This document shows, piece by piece, positions 1 through 8,021 of a stretch of DNA of 64,000 nt (position 1 is its first letter; each line of letters opens with the position of its first letter). Both the position numbers and the translations under genes were made by a program. Source of the stretch: a virus; IMG/VR virus record IMGVR_UViG_3300011443_000002, positions 3,316 to 67,315 of that record, one strand, 5' to 3'. A model generated the notes under the pieces. That model worked only from the letters and a program-made list of their open reading frames with translations. It was not told where the DNA came from and did no database searches.

Positions 1-524
1 TTGGAGCCGTCCAGCACGACGTCTCCAACCTTCTCCACCTTCGCTTCGTCAGGCAGATAGTCTCTTACGATGGACTTGAGAGAGTGCTCCTGCCTGTGGT
101 CGTCGAGTAGTGCAGCGTAATGCCCGACATCGCTGACCGTGCATCCCTGCTCCTCGAAACTGACTCCCCACTCGCGACCCATATGAATCTCGAATCGCGT
201 GTTGAGGTTCGTGATCCGCTTCTTACGCCATCGACGGAAGTAAGTCCTGGCACCTTCTTCGCTGATGTTGTTGCCTCCACCACGGTGTCCCCATGCCAGA
301 TAGTGAGTGCTGCCATCTGGCAACGACACGGCTCCGCCGATGGGACGATCTTTTCCCCACCAGCGAAGTCCTGTCGTTTCCCAATCGAGGCACAGATCCG
401 TCTCGTGGTCCACGTTCGGAGGCTCTTTGTGCTCATCCCACGTGCGGACAGCAGCCTGAGAACTGAACGTGTTATTCGGAGTCTGGACGGGATCGTCGTC
501 TCCGATTAGATCGAAGAGGTTCAT
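1..524 (-). CDS. polA: Family A DNA polymerase, N-terminal 3'-5' exonuclease domain (partial, runs off left end)
   Basis: Not in ORF track. Hand translation from ATG 524 is open to the window edge: MNLFDLIG...CLDWETTGLRWWGKDRPIG...YLAWGHRGGGN...NLNTRFEIH...DVGHYAALLD, with ExoI (DxET) and ExoII-like motifs typical of phage PolA. Confidence 0.8.
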   Translation of the reverse strand, partial: MNLFDLIGDDDPVQTPNNTFSSQAAVRTWDEHKEPPNVDHETDLCLDWETTGLRWWGKDRPIGGAVSLPDGSTHYLAWGHRGGGNNISEEGARTYFRRWRKKRITNLNTRFEIHMGREWGVSFEEQGCTVSDVGHYAALLDDHRQEHSLKSIVRDYLPDEAKVEKVGDVVLDGS

Positions 525-613
525 GACGCTACTATCGCTGCAACAGCGAGCACCAGAATCAGCCAGAACGATACTGCGATCGTGACGTTGACGGAGCGTG
601 GTAGTTCTTTCAT
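521..613 (-). CDS. 30-aa single-TM peptide
   Basis: MKELPRSVNVTIAVSFWLILVLAVAAIVAS; ATGA overlaps with both neighbours. Confidence 0.5.
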   Translation of the reverse strand: MKELPRSVNVTIAVSFWLILVLAVAAIVAS

Positions 614-858
614 GACTCCCTCTGTGGCATGTTCCACATTAGAACGTCGGCGAAGCGTTCGGCCATCTCTTTTTCATACGGCTCGGGATCCACTCCGATG
701 TAGAGAAACATCTCCATGATCGGTTCTCCCTGGTCCGTATACTGACCTGAGCATCCTTCCGCTGCCTCAAGTTTGATGCACTGTGTGTGCTCCAGAAGCA
801 CGACGTCCAAGTTGGGATCGTGCTTCTGAAGTTCCTTGATCATCTCGGAGACCTTCAT
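610..858 (-). CDS. Hypothetical protein
   Basis: MKVSEMIKELQKHDPNLDV...; TGATG coupling to the upstream gene. Confidence 0.7.
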   Translation of the reverse strand: MKVSEMIKELQKHDPNLDVVLLEHTQCIKLEAAEGCSGQYTDQGEPIMEMFLYIGVDPEPYEKEMAERFADVLMWNMPQRES

Positions 859-2531
859 CAGTCCCACCGATCGAGCTTGTAAGTTGCCTTGTCCTTACCG
901 CTCGTGACGCGGATCGTGACCTCGGTCCAATCCTCGTTCTTTTCCACCAGCAATCCCTGTGCCAATGGACCTTCCGTCTCCTGCACCTTCTGACGTCTCG
1001 AGTGTGCCTCGATCACCGAGCGGACTCCGTGAAACTCCGAGCGGAGGATCTCCGGGAACAGGCCAGCACCTTCGTTGCGAGTGTCCTTCGCTCCTTCCAG
1101 CACGAACAACAGACCTTCCTTGAAGTGCTGGAAAGGTCCGTGCCAGTGACACGGTTTGTTGGTGATCGCCAGCACCTTCGTGTAACCAACACTGAGACCG
1201 AACTGATGGAGCGTCGAGCCTCCGACCCACACATACCACGAGACCGGATTCCGACGAAGCTCTCCATCCCACTGAAGGATCGGAGTGGCATCCGGATTGA
1301 CGGCCGTGATCAGCGGAGCCAAGTTGTATCGAGCCATGCCAGCGAGATAAAGCTCGATGCTGTCCGCCGATGGCAGCACGGTTTCCTGGAACTTGATCCA
1401 CGTCATCTTCTTCGTCGGCAGCACCAGCGGAAGCACTGGATTCTCAGCCTTGCGAAGATGGCCGAAGACTTCTCTCGAGATCGTCTCCGCTGCCGAAGGC
1501 GGATCGGCATGACGATAGAACGCGCCTTCGATCTCGTCCAGGCGACAGAACCGACGATCGAGAGCACCAGCGGCTCCGAGCTTGCTGACGATCTCTTCAG
1601 CCTGTCGGATCGTGCCTTCGCTCGGTGCAGCCGTCGGACGCTGGTAGGCCAGCGGATTCATCTTCGCGTTGAAGCGTCTCGCTGCCTGATCAAAACCGTA
1701 GACGGTCAGATCGTCCAGGAGCGTCCCGATCATGCTGCTCCGTGGATGGCAGAAGCCTGCTGGAGCGGTCGCTACAGCCAGCCAGACACGGTTCTGGCGT
1801 CCGTTCTTGACCGTCGGCACACTTCTACCCTTGTCGGCTTCGGTGCCTGCCTTGACGTCCCTGAGCCACGTAGCAGGACCGAGCACCTTCTCACTCCGGA
1901 ACAGAGCATCCGCTTCGAGGATCTTGACAGCAGCGTTGAGCAACGGAAGCGAGTATTCGCTGAGTGCCACGTTGATGTTCTTGAAGTCCTCTCGCTTTGC
2001 AGCCATCGCCTGATCGGCCGTGACGAGAACATTCTTGAAGACATGCTCGGCCGGAGGCTTCACGCACATGTGCATCCACATGCCGGTGACGTCCTGTCCC
2101 CACACATCTTCAGACGAGTAGAAGACGCCAGTCACCTTCGCACGAGAGACAGCCTTGTTCAGAGCCTGCATCGCTGCAGACATCAGCGGCTCGCCTTCGT
2201 AAACGTAGGATGCCCACAGCGGAGACACCGTCTGTCCCTCTGGCGTGATGGTCACGACGTGACCGTATCGCTCGATGAACTTCCGGCACGCTGCACAGTT
2301 GTGATGCTGTCGATCAGCGTCGGAGAAGGACTTCAGATAGACGTCCCACAGATTCGTGGCGTCCGTCGTGAACAGTGCCTTTCCGGTGATGTCGTAAACA
2401 GCCTTCGCGTTGAACGCTGCCTTGAAGTGCATGTAAGCCTGATCGTCTACGTTCCCAATCGTCTGCGTCGGCTTCGACGCTGGTGCAGGCTTCTTCAATC
2501 TCGATCGTCTCGTGTTCGTGGTGCTCTGCAT
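858..2531 (-). CDS. Large hypothetical phage protein (557 aa) with HHNCxxC motif
   Basis: Long ORF with GC3-rich codon use; start moved to ATG 2531 (MQSTTNT); motifs QHHNCAACRKF and GFCHPRSSMIGTLL. Confidence 0.8.
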   Translation of the reverse strand: MQSTTNTRRSRLKKPAPASKPTQTIGNVDDQAYMHFKAAFNAKAVYDITGKALFTTDATNLWDVYLKSFSDADRQHHNCAACRKFIERYGHVVTITPEGQTVSPLWASYVYEGEPLMSAAMQALNKAVSRAKVTGVFYSSEDVWGQDVTGMWMHMCVKPPAEHVFKNVLVTADQAMAAKREDFKNINVALSEYSLPLLNAAVKILEADALFRSEKVLGPATWLRDVKAGTEADKGRSVPTVKNGRQNRVWLAVATAPAGFCHPRSSMIGTLLDDLTVYGFDQAARRFNAKMNPLAYQRPTAAPSEGTIRQAEEIVSKLGAAGALDRRFCRLDEIEGAFYRHADPPSAAETISREVFGHLRKAENPVLPLVLPTKKMTWIKFQETVLPSADSIELYLAGMARYNLAPLITAVNPDATPILQWDGELRRNPVSWYVWVGGSTLHQFGLSVGYTKVLAITNKPCHWHGPFQHFKEGLLFVLEGAKDTRNEGAGLFPEILRSEFHGVRSVIEAHSRRQKVQETEGPLAQGLLVEKNEDWTEVTIRVTSGKDKATYKLDRWD

Positions 2532-2551
2532 GATCGTTCTTTCTTGGTGGT

Positions 2552-2577
2552 CCCTGCTGCCTTCGCAGACAGCAGGG
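2552..2577 (-). promoter_or_regulatory. 11-bp RNA hairpin with GCGA (GNRA) tetraloop in the leader of the 858-2531 gene
   Basis: Minus strand CCCUGCUGUCU-GCGA-AGGCAGCAGGG; the G-U pair forms only on the minus strand. Confidence 0.6.
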
Positions 2578-2885
2578 AAAACACTGGTTTCACTGTGCCA
2601 GATCCCACTCAAGAATTCTGTGAGTCAGTTGTGGCTCACTCTCGGCTTCGTTGACTGGCCTGACGTGGACGGAAGTAAGAGGCTGTGACACTCGACGCAA
2701 GCGGTCGCCTGTAGATGCAAGAAGTTCTAATTCGCTTCTTCGTCCTGTAGGGACTCCACAAATTAGATCGTGTCGATCCACGTAGATCCGGCCGGATCTG
2801 GTGGTTCTATCTCGGATCCCTCACTTGCTTATGGGTCGCTCGAGATTTCACCAAAGAGCGAAGGATAGAAGAAGGTCATCGATCC

Positions 2886-3050
2886 TCACTTGCTCGCGTT
2901 CTTGCGAGCCTTGATCCTGGCCGAACGGCTGACGCCACGAGCGGCACGATCGCGGCAGATCCGTCCCTATCCGGTGAGCCTGTTACGTGCTCCGTTGTCC
3001 TTGTCGAACTTCGCGCACTGCGACAGCGTCATTTCCCTCTTCTCGGCCAT
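2886..3050 (-). CDS. Small basic protein, 27 aa, or 54 aa if the in-frame TAG (2967-2969) is read through
   Basis: AAGGAG SD, then MAEKREMTLSQCAKFDKDNGARNRLTG*GRICRDRAARGVSRSARIKARKNASK*. Confidence 0.4.
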
Positions 3051-3174
3051 TGTGGCGTCTCCTTGTTGGCTGAGGATCATCTGTGAACATCCGAGTGCAG
3101 CCACACTCGGAGCACGCTTTCGGTTTCTTCGGGACGTCGAAGACGTTCGCGCATGACGGACATTCCCATGCCAT
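2983..3174 (-). CDS. Zinc-ribbon protein
   Basis: CPSC...CSECGC; TGATG coupling. Confidence 0.6.
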   Translation of the reverse strand: MAWECPSCANVFDVPKKPKACSECGCTRMFTDDPQPTRRRHNGREEGNDAVAVREVRQGQRST

Positions 3175-3404
3175 CAGCGTGCCTCTCGGAGCAGCCGCTT
3201 CCGACGCTCATCCTCGGGAGCCATGCGGAACCAGAGATCACGCTTCGCTTCCTGGAACGTCTTGCGGAGTGGTCCAGCGTCCATCGGCTGACGCGTCCTG
3301 TGCCATCTCCAGCCGTCGGACGTGTGCCGGATCTCGAAGTATCCTCCGGACGTCACGTAATGGCCTGGAGCCTTGCACAGCAGGCGGAAAGGTCGGAAGT
3401 CCAT
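3174..3404 (-). CDS. Hypothetical protein
   Basis: GGAG SD before MDFRPFRLL; coupled on both sides. Confidence 0.7.
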   Translation of the reverse strand: MDFRPFRLLCKAPGHYVTSGGYFEIRHTSDGWRWHRTRQPMDAGPLRKTFQEAKRDLWFRMAPEDERRKRLLREAR

Positions 3405-3586
3405 CAGCGTGTCTCCAGCAGGTATAGACGTGGTCCGCCGAGTGGAGGCTGATAACCTGCTGCGCCAGCCTGCACGATCTTCTTGTAGCACTCTGGACCT
3501 ACATAGACGGTCTGAGCATCCCGAGTATCGACTAGCTTCCGATGTTTCGGAAGCGATCGATCACAAGCGAAGCATTTCTCGTCCAT
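3404..3586 (-). CDS. Small putative Zn-binding protein
   Basis: MDEKCFAC...VGPEC; TGATG coupling. Confidence 0.7.
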   Translation of the reverse strand: MDEKCFACDRSLPKHRKLVDTRDAQTVYVGPECYKKIVQAGAAGYQPPLGGPRLYLLETR

Positions 3587-3783
3587 CAGATCCTGCCTCC
3601 GTCGTCGATCCACCGAGCAGCGTAGTGGAAAGCGTATCGAGCCTCGACAGCCGCGATCTTCGCCCACATCTCAGCGTCCTGGTTTGAGCAGGATCGGACG
3701 TTCAGCGCGATCCCGATATACTTGAGAGCACGCTGACCACGGTTGGAGGAGCGGAGACGATAGTTGACCGGACCACGCTTCAT
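3586..3783 (-). CDS. Hypothetical protein
   Basis: 65-aa ORF with GGAGG SD; coupled to the next gene. Confidence 0.7.
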   Translation of the reverse strand: MKRGPVNYRLRSSNRGQRALKYIGIALNVRSCSNQDAEMWAKIAAVEARYAFHYAARWIDDGGRI

Positions 3784-3819
3784 GATCGTATCCTCCGAAA
3801 ACGGTTTCCTGTTTCGGTG

Positions 3820-4062
3820 TTAGCGGGAGCCGCTCGGATCCATGTCCTCGTCGTCCGTCTCCTCGACGTCCAGAGCGTCCTCGGTGACTTCGCCATCGGC
3901 GTTGACCACGACACCGAACGTCGGACCAGACGGCTGGCCGACGACCACCAGCCACTCTCCGTCGAACGTGGCGCGGATCACGTTCACGTCCTGGCCGAAC
4001 GTCTCCGTGCAGTAAGCCTTGACCGTCTCGATCGCCTTTGCTTCCGTGATTTGCTTCGTCAT
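3820..4062 (-). CDS. Small acidic hypothetical protein (alternative leaderless GTG start at 4101)
   Basis: AGGAG SD before MTKQITEAK; acidic C-terminus. Confidence 0.75.
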   Translation of the reverse strand: MTKQITEAKAIETVKAYCTETFGQDVNVIRATFDGEWLVVVGQPSGPTFGVVVNADGEVTEDALDVEETDDEDMDPSGSR

Positions 4063-4107
4063 CTTCGTCTCCTGGCTGTCCGGCCGGTCCATTCCGGCCA
4101 CGAGAAG

Positions 4108-4137
4108 ATTATGTGCCGAGACCAAAACCGAAAGCAA
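4108..4137 (-). promoter_or_regulatory. Sigma70-type promoter TTGCTT-18-CATAAT
   Basis: In-frame GTG 6 nt after the -10. Confidence 0.65.
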
Positions 4138-4187
4138 GCACAAAAATATTGAGCTTTTGCACGTCGAAACTGACGCCAGAAACGGCA

Positions 4188-4221
4188 ATCGGCCGGATGC
4201 CTCGATGGACATCCGGCCGAT
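4188..4221 (-). terminator. 12-bp perfect inverted repeat downstream of the 4246 gene
   Basis: ATCGGCCGGATG-N10-CATCCGGCCGAT; weak U tract. Confidence 0.5.
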
Positions 4222-4245
4222 GGCCGACGACGATCGTCAGGAGGC

Positions 4246-5016
4246 TTACTGAGCCGCTTCGGTGCTGGTCTCGAAGGCAGCATCAGCCACGGGCTGATCG
4301 GTCGCAGGAGCGGTCTCAGCGGCCGTCTTGGCAGCCTTCTTCGCTTCGGCAGCCTTGAGCGTCTCGACACGCTTCGCAGCCTTCGCAGCCTTCTCTTCGG
4401 CCTTCGCCAGCCGCTCGGCAGCGTTCGTGGCACGCTTCGCCTGACGCTCGGACCGAGCCGTCGCCTTCGCGATCGCATCCGCGTCCGGCACGAGCAGGGA
4501 GGCACTCGAGACTTCCAGCGTGTCCGGGATCGGGTTCGTGCCGAAGAGAGCCTTTCCGACGTAGATCGAGCCGCGAAGGCCGGTGACGCCGAAAGCGATG
4601 AGACCGTTCTTGTGGGTGGAGACCTTCGTGAATGTCATGATGCCGTTTCCTTCGTTGCTGTTGTTGGTGGTCGGGACGACGACGTCAGCGGGAGCCGACA
4701 TCGGGATCGCGTCAGGCTGCACAGCAGCCTTCTTGCTCGCCTTGCTGGTGGACTTGGTGGACGTGTTCTTGGTGGTCGCCTTCGTGCCTGGAGTCGTCAT
4801 GGTCGTATTCCTCTTGCCGTTGTTGAAAGCCAGATTGACGGTGATGCCCGAACCGAAATCATCGATGGTCACGAAACGCTGCTCACCGAGCAGATCCGTG
4901 TGCAGCCACGTATCGCCCTTCTGAAAGCTCCGCTCCGCTTCCGCTGCCGACTTGAACGTCTTGCCGAGAGCAGGCGAGAGGATCTCGAAGTCCGTGACGA
5001 TCTTGTTGCTGACCAT
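4246..5016 (-). CDS. Lys/Ala-rich, histone H1-like putative DNA-binding protein (256 aa)
   Basis: GGAG SD, ATG 5016; TKATTKNTSTKSTSKASKK and AKAEEKAAKAAKRVETLKAAEAKKAAK tracts. Confidence 0.7.
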   Translation of the reverse strand: MVSNKIVTDFEILSPALGKTFKSAAEAERSFQKGDTWLHTDLLGEQRFVTIDDFGSGITVNLAFNNGKRNTTMTTPGTKATTKNTSTKSTSKASKKAAVQPDAIPMSAPADVVVPTTNNSNEGNGIMTFTKVSTHKNGLIAFGVTGLRGSIYVGKALFGTNPIPDTLEVSSASLLVPDADAIAKATARSERQAKRATNAAERLAKAEEKAAKAAKRVETLKAAEAKKAAKTAAETAPATDQPVADAAFETSTEAAQ

Positions 5017-5029
5017 TGGTCTAGTCTCC

Positions 5030-5185
5030 CTAATGGTTCCGCGTTTTGCCGTGGCATCCGATGAATCGGTTGCCGTTGTCGAAATGCACCTTGATCGGCT
5101 TCCCGCAAGAGAGGCAGCGTCCGATCCGGCCACCAGTCCGGTGAGGCTTCCGACATGCCCGAAGCAGCATCATCAGCGTTCTCAC
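5030..5185 (-). CDS. Small Zn-ribbon-like protein, probably leaderless
   Basis: GTG 7 nt after the -10; CLSCGKPIKVHFDNGNRFIGCH. Confidence 0.55.
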   Translation of the reverse strand: MRTLMMLLRACRKPHRTGGRIGRCLSCGKPIKVHFDNGNRFIGCHGKTRNH

Positions 5186-5192
5186 AACATCC

Positions 5193-5221
5193 ATCCTGTC
5201 CGATGCAAAAACCAAACGCAA
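5193..5221 (-). promoter_or_regulatory. Promoter TTGCGT-17-CAGGAT
   Basis: 17-bp spacer; AT-rich upstream tract. Confidence 0.55.
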
Positions 5222-5252
5222 CACTTTTCTTTCGGACGTTTTTTTCTTGCGT

Positions 5253-5357
5253 TTACCAGAAGAAAGGTGCTAGGAGAGCCATCCACAGGCCGAACATTAG
5301 GAAAAGGAATGCCAGCCAGCCGAGGATCCGGAAAACGGATCGGACGCTCGGAGGCAC
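5253..5357 (-). CDS. Possible 34-aa TM peptide
   Basis: ILGWLAFLFLMFGLWMALLAPFFW; overlaps the 5297 gene. Confidence 0.35.
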   Translation of the reverse strand: MPPSVRSVFRILGWLAFLFLMFGLWMALLAPFFW

Positions 5358-5581
5358 ATGCGGCACTCGGATGCGGAGCACGGCTCGAGACCATACGTCA
5401 TCTCGTGGATCGCTCTCCGCTCGATGTCCATGCGTGAAGGGCTGTGAAACGCGATCGTGTGCACGTGAGCGAATGTCCATTTCATTCCTTTCGGTGCTGG
5501 TATCGTCAGCAAGTATCCGTTTCCGACATCAATCCATCGAGGCTTTGCGCCGAAGGTATCGGCGACGCTCTGGACGGTCAT
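5297..5581 (-). CDS. Hypothetical protein
   Basis: ATGA coupling at 5578-5581. Confidence 0.6.
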   Translation of the reverse strand: MTVQSVADTFGAKPRWIDVGNGYLLTIPAPKGMKWTFAHVHTIAFHSPSRMDIERRAIHEMTYGLEPCSASECRMCLRASDPFSGSSAGWHSFS

Positions 5582-5913
5582 CGCTTCTCCGATGCTCGAT
5601 CTCGTGCCTGTTGGCGCATGATCGACTGGCACGTTTCGCACAGCCATCGATCCTCGATGAAGTTCGCCTTGATCCGAGACGTGTCCGCTTCACAGCGGGA
5701 GCAGGGGACTCCTTTCACTTCTTTCTCTTCATACGTGATCTCGAGCGGCAGATCCTTTCCGATCTCGAGCGTCATGCCGGACCAGTCTGCACCAGAAGGA
5801 ACGGTGATCCAGACCTTCGCTGTTGCAGGCAGTCCGAGAGCCTTCGTGATGTCGAAGCCTGTCAGCGTGATCTCGTGTCTTGTGACCTTCGTTGTCGTGG
5901 ATGTCTTGTTCAT
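5578..5913 (-). CDS. Hypothetical protein with C-terminal Zn finger
   Basis: CSRC...CETC; GGAG SD. Confidence 0.75.
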   Translation of the reverse strand: MNKTSTTTKVTRHEITLTGFDITKALGLPATAKVWITVPSGADWSGMTLEIGKDLPLEITYEEKEVKGVPCSRCEADTSRIKANFIEDRWLCETCQSIMRQQARDRASEKR

Positions 5914-6164
5914 CACTCTTCTCCAAGCGTCGCCAATCCTCTGGCCAGGATGTTTCCGTGATCATCCATCTTGCACAGCCTCATGAGACCGTAGCGTTCT
6001 GGCTGTCCCTCGAATTCCTGCTCGGTGTAAATGGATGCCCATCGAGGACCGAAGAATTCGTGCATCAGCCTTCGAGCCGTTTGTCCGTCAGCTTCAAATT
6101 CGATGTAGTGGTTTGCGAGTGCTCCGCCGTATTGTCCTGCTCCGAACGTGACAAACATTTTCAT
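5913..6164 (-). CDS. Hypothetical protein
   Basis: MKMFVTFGAGQ...; coupled on both sides. Confidence 0.7.
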   Translation of the reverse strand: MKMFVTFGAGQYGGALANHYIEFEADGQTARRLMHEFFGPRWASIYTEQEFEGQPERYGLMRLCKMDDHGNILARGLATLGEE

Positions 6165-6610
6165 CGCACATTCCCTCTCGGACCTTGCACCGATTGATCG
6201 CTGGTGCTGCCATCTGGAAAGATGATCGTAACGTGCCGATTCATCTTCTTTGCGTATCGGACTGTCGTCCACGTGCCTGAGCGGATCTGCTCCAGAAACG
6301 TCTTCGGTGTAGCGATCAGAACATCACAGGCACGTGCGATGTCCATGTTTCGATCCAGATACGGCTTCGCATCCCAGACGATGTCTCCTGGCACGGCTCC
6401 GAGGATCGCGATCGCCTTGTCGTCGTCCGGAGGATGCAAGGTGCAGGGAATTCCGATCTCGTGTGCCACGTCGTGAGCTTGAGCGTCCGCTCCGATACAG
6501 CAACCGTGGTGCAGCCTTGCAGGGTAGTAAGAACGGAGCAGGACAGCGAGTGTCGCTCGCTGCCGCTCCGTCATGCCTTGTGAGGTGCCGGTGAAGCCGA
6601 TGATCTTCAC
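6161..6610 (-). CDS. SLOG-superfamily (YspA/DprA-like) nucleotide-binding protein
   Basis: IGFTGT, HHGCCIGAD, RNxDIA-D-LIA-P and SGTWTTVRYA motifs; GTGA coupling. Confidence 0.7.
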   Translation of the reverse strand: MKIIGFTGTSQGMTERQRATLAVLLRSYYPARLHHGCCIGADAQAHDVAHEIGIPCTLHPPDDDKAIAILGAVPGDIVWDAKPYLDRNMDIARACDVLIATPKTFLEQIRSGTWTTVRYAKKMNRHVTIIFPDGSTSDQSVQGPRGNVR

Positions 6611-6825
6611 AGCACCACTCGCTCGACGCCGATGTCGTTCATCACGTTCCAGCGTTTGCCGTTCTGATCGACATAGATGCAATACTCGATCGTGTCTCCG
6701 TCCTCGCTGTCCCACTGGACGACGGCCAGCGTATAGTGCGATTGGCCGAAGGAGAAGACCTTCGGAAAATCCTTGAGTCCTGCCTTGCTGGCGTCGAACG
6801 TGTTGGTGCTGATTGGCTGGCGCAT
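6607..6825 (-). CDS. Hypothetical protein
   Basis: AAGGGA SD before MRQPIST. Confidence 0.7.
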   Translation of the reverse strand: MRQPISTNTFDASKAGLKDFPKVFSFGQSHYTLAVVQWDSEDGDTIEYCIYVDQNGKRWNVMNDIGVERVVL

Positions 6826-6896
6826 GATGCTGTCCCTTCTTGTCTTGGTGCCTTGCCAGCCGCTACAGGGTAACGGCTGGCGCAAACGCGGCGACA

Positions 6897-7082
6897 CTAT
6901 ACCATGGAGGCTTCCGTCTCCGTGCAGTAGATCTCTTCCGCTTCCGACGACGTCAGATCGCCCATCTCGACGGCCAGCGAGAGGATCTCGGCGAGCCGTG
7001 CAGCGTTCTGGCGCACGATCTCAGCGGTCAGTTCCTGTGCCTCGAAGATCCGAGCAGCGTTCACGTTTGACTTGATCGTCAT
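6897..7082 (-). CDS. Hypothetical protein
   Basis: GAGG SD; 61 aa. Confidence 0.7.
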   Translation of the reverse strand: MTIKSNVNAARIFEAQELTAEIVRQNAARLAEILSLAVEMGDLTSSEAEEIYCTETEASMV

Positions 7083-7091
7083 GATGTCCTC

Positions 7092-7301
7092 TCAGCGAAC
7101 GTAGACAGGTTTATCGGCACGTCCGGCCATCTGGTTCTGCGACGCACCAGCGTGGCCGAAGCCTTCACCGAACACGACTACGTATCCAGCCTGACGGCTC
7201 GGACGCACGTAGGAAACGGACAGCATGGACTTCCCGGTGAAGTCCACGATGATCTGTCCGGGACGGACGTTCTTGAGCGAAACAAGATGAGCGTTCAGCA
7301 T
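7092..7301 (-). CDS. Hypothetical protein
   Basis: GGAG SD before MLNAHLV. Confidence 0.65.
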   Translation of the reverse strand: MLNAHLVSLKNVRPGQIIVDFTGKSMLSVSYVRPSRQAGYVVVFGEGFGHAGASQNQMAGRADKPVYVR

Positions 7302-7312
7302 GGCAGGCTCCG

Positions 7313-7540
7313 TTAGCAAAGCTCGATATCGTCGTGGGTGAAGAACACTCGGCGATTCTCGTGCAGGACGACGAAGCCGAGGTGAGGCATCAGGCGATCG
7401 GCGCAGCAACGCGGGAGATCGGCCACGGTCAGCAGGATGGAGCCAACCGAGGGACGGTGCACCGAAACCGTCCGCTTGGGATCGGTCAGGAGGTAGTCGG
7501 CCACGATCGCGAAGACGTTGTCGAAGTTGCTGTTGGACAT
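7313..7540 (-). CDS. Hypothetical protein
   Basis: AAGGA SD; 75 aa. Confidence 0.7.
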   Translation of the reverse strand: MSNSNFDNVFAIVADYLLTDPKRTVSVHRPSVGSILLTVADLPRCCADRLMPHLGFVVLHENRRVFFTHDDIELC

Positions 7541-7552
7541 GGCAGGTATCCT

Positions 7553-7678
7553 TTACAGAGCCAGAAGGGCGATCAGCGTCGCGATCGACACGATCCAGGT
7601 TACGGTCACAGCGAAGGCCAGCTGATTGATCATCTGGACTTCAGCGGCAGCAGCCTTGCGAGTCGTCTTCGTCTTCAT
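7553..7678 (-). CDS. 41-aa leaderless membrane peptide
   Basis: MKTKTTRKAAAAEVQMINQLAFAVTVTWIVSIATLIALLAL; ATG 6 nt after the -10. Confidence 0.7.
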   Translation of the reverse strand: MKTKTTRKAAAAEVQMINQLAFAVTVTWIVSIATLIALLAL

Positions 7679-7713
7679 ACAGAGATAATGCCTGAGGGAA
7701 AATCGAGAAGCAA
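7670..7713 (-). promoter_or_regulatory. Promoter TTGCTT-17-CATTAT plus ATGAAGACG; copy 1 of a 44-bp perfect direct repeat
   Basis: Identical to 8190-8233. Confidence 0.85.
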
Positions 7714-7730
7714 CAACTATTTTTCGATCG

Positions 7731-7763
7731 GCGATCCGGAGAGGTAAAACCACTCCGGATCGC
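7731..7763. terminator. 11-bp inverted repeat after the 7776 gene
   Basis: GCGATCCGGAG-N11-CTCCGGATCGC. Confidence 0.5.
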
Positions 7764-7775
7764 TGCTGGCGTCGA

Positions 7776-7994
7776 TCAGCCGACGACGCAGATACCCTTG
7801 TGAACCAGACCAACAAGCTCGGCGATCTCGTGCTGGCGAGCGTAGACGACAGGCGAGAAACGGCCATCGGCCTGGACGATGATCATGTGATTCACGGTCT
7901 CACGCGTCCGGCCGATCAGCGGCAGAACCTTGTCCAGAGCCTTGATCGCGTTGTCGGCGGTAGCGTAGGACTTGGCGTCAGCAAACATTCTCAT
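7776..7994 (-). CDS. Hypothetical protein
   Basis: AGGAG SD; 72 aa. Confidence 0.75.
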   Translation of the reverse strand: MRMFADAKSYATADNAIKALDKVLPLIGRTRETVNHMIIVQADGRFSPVVYARQHEIAELVGLVHKGICVVG

Positions 7995-8021
7995 GATTTT
8001 CTCCTGTATCTACTGGTGGAT

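Noticed and set aside
65-509. ORF-track calls 65-436 (-) and 120-509 (+)
   Set aside because: A third frame (ATG 524, open to the edge) carries polymerase exonuclease motifs.
2552-2577. Intrinsic terminator
   Set aside because: On the transcribed (minus) strand the T-run precedes the hairpin rather than following it.
1002-2654. Long opposite-strand ORFs (also 31824-33188, 53495-54928, 55560-56738, 57312-58631, 62598-63728)
   Set aside because: They fully overlap motif-bearing genes, lack motifs and SDs, and are expected where TTA/CTA/TCA codons are rare.
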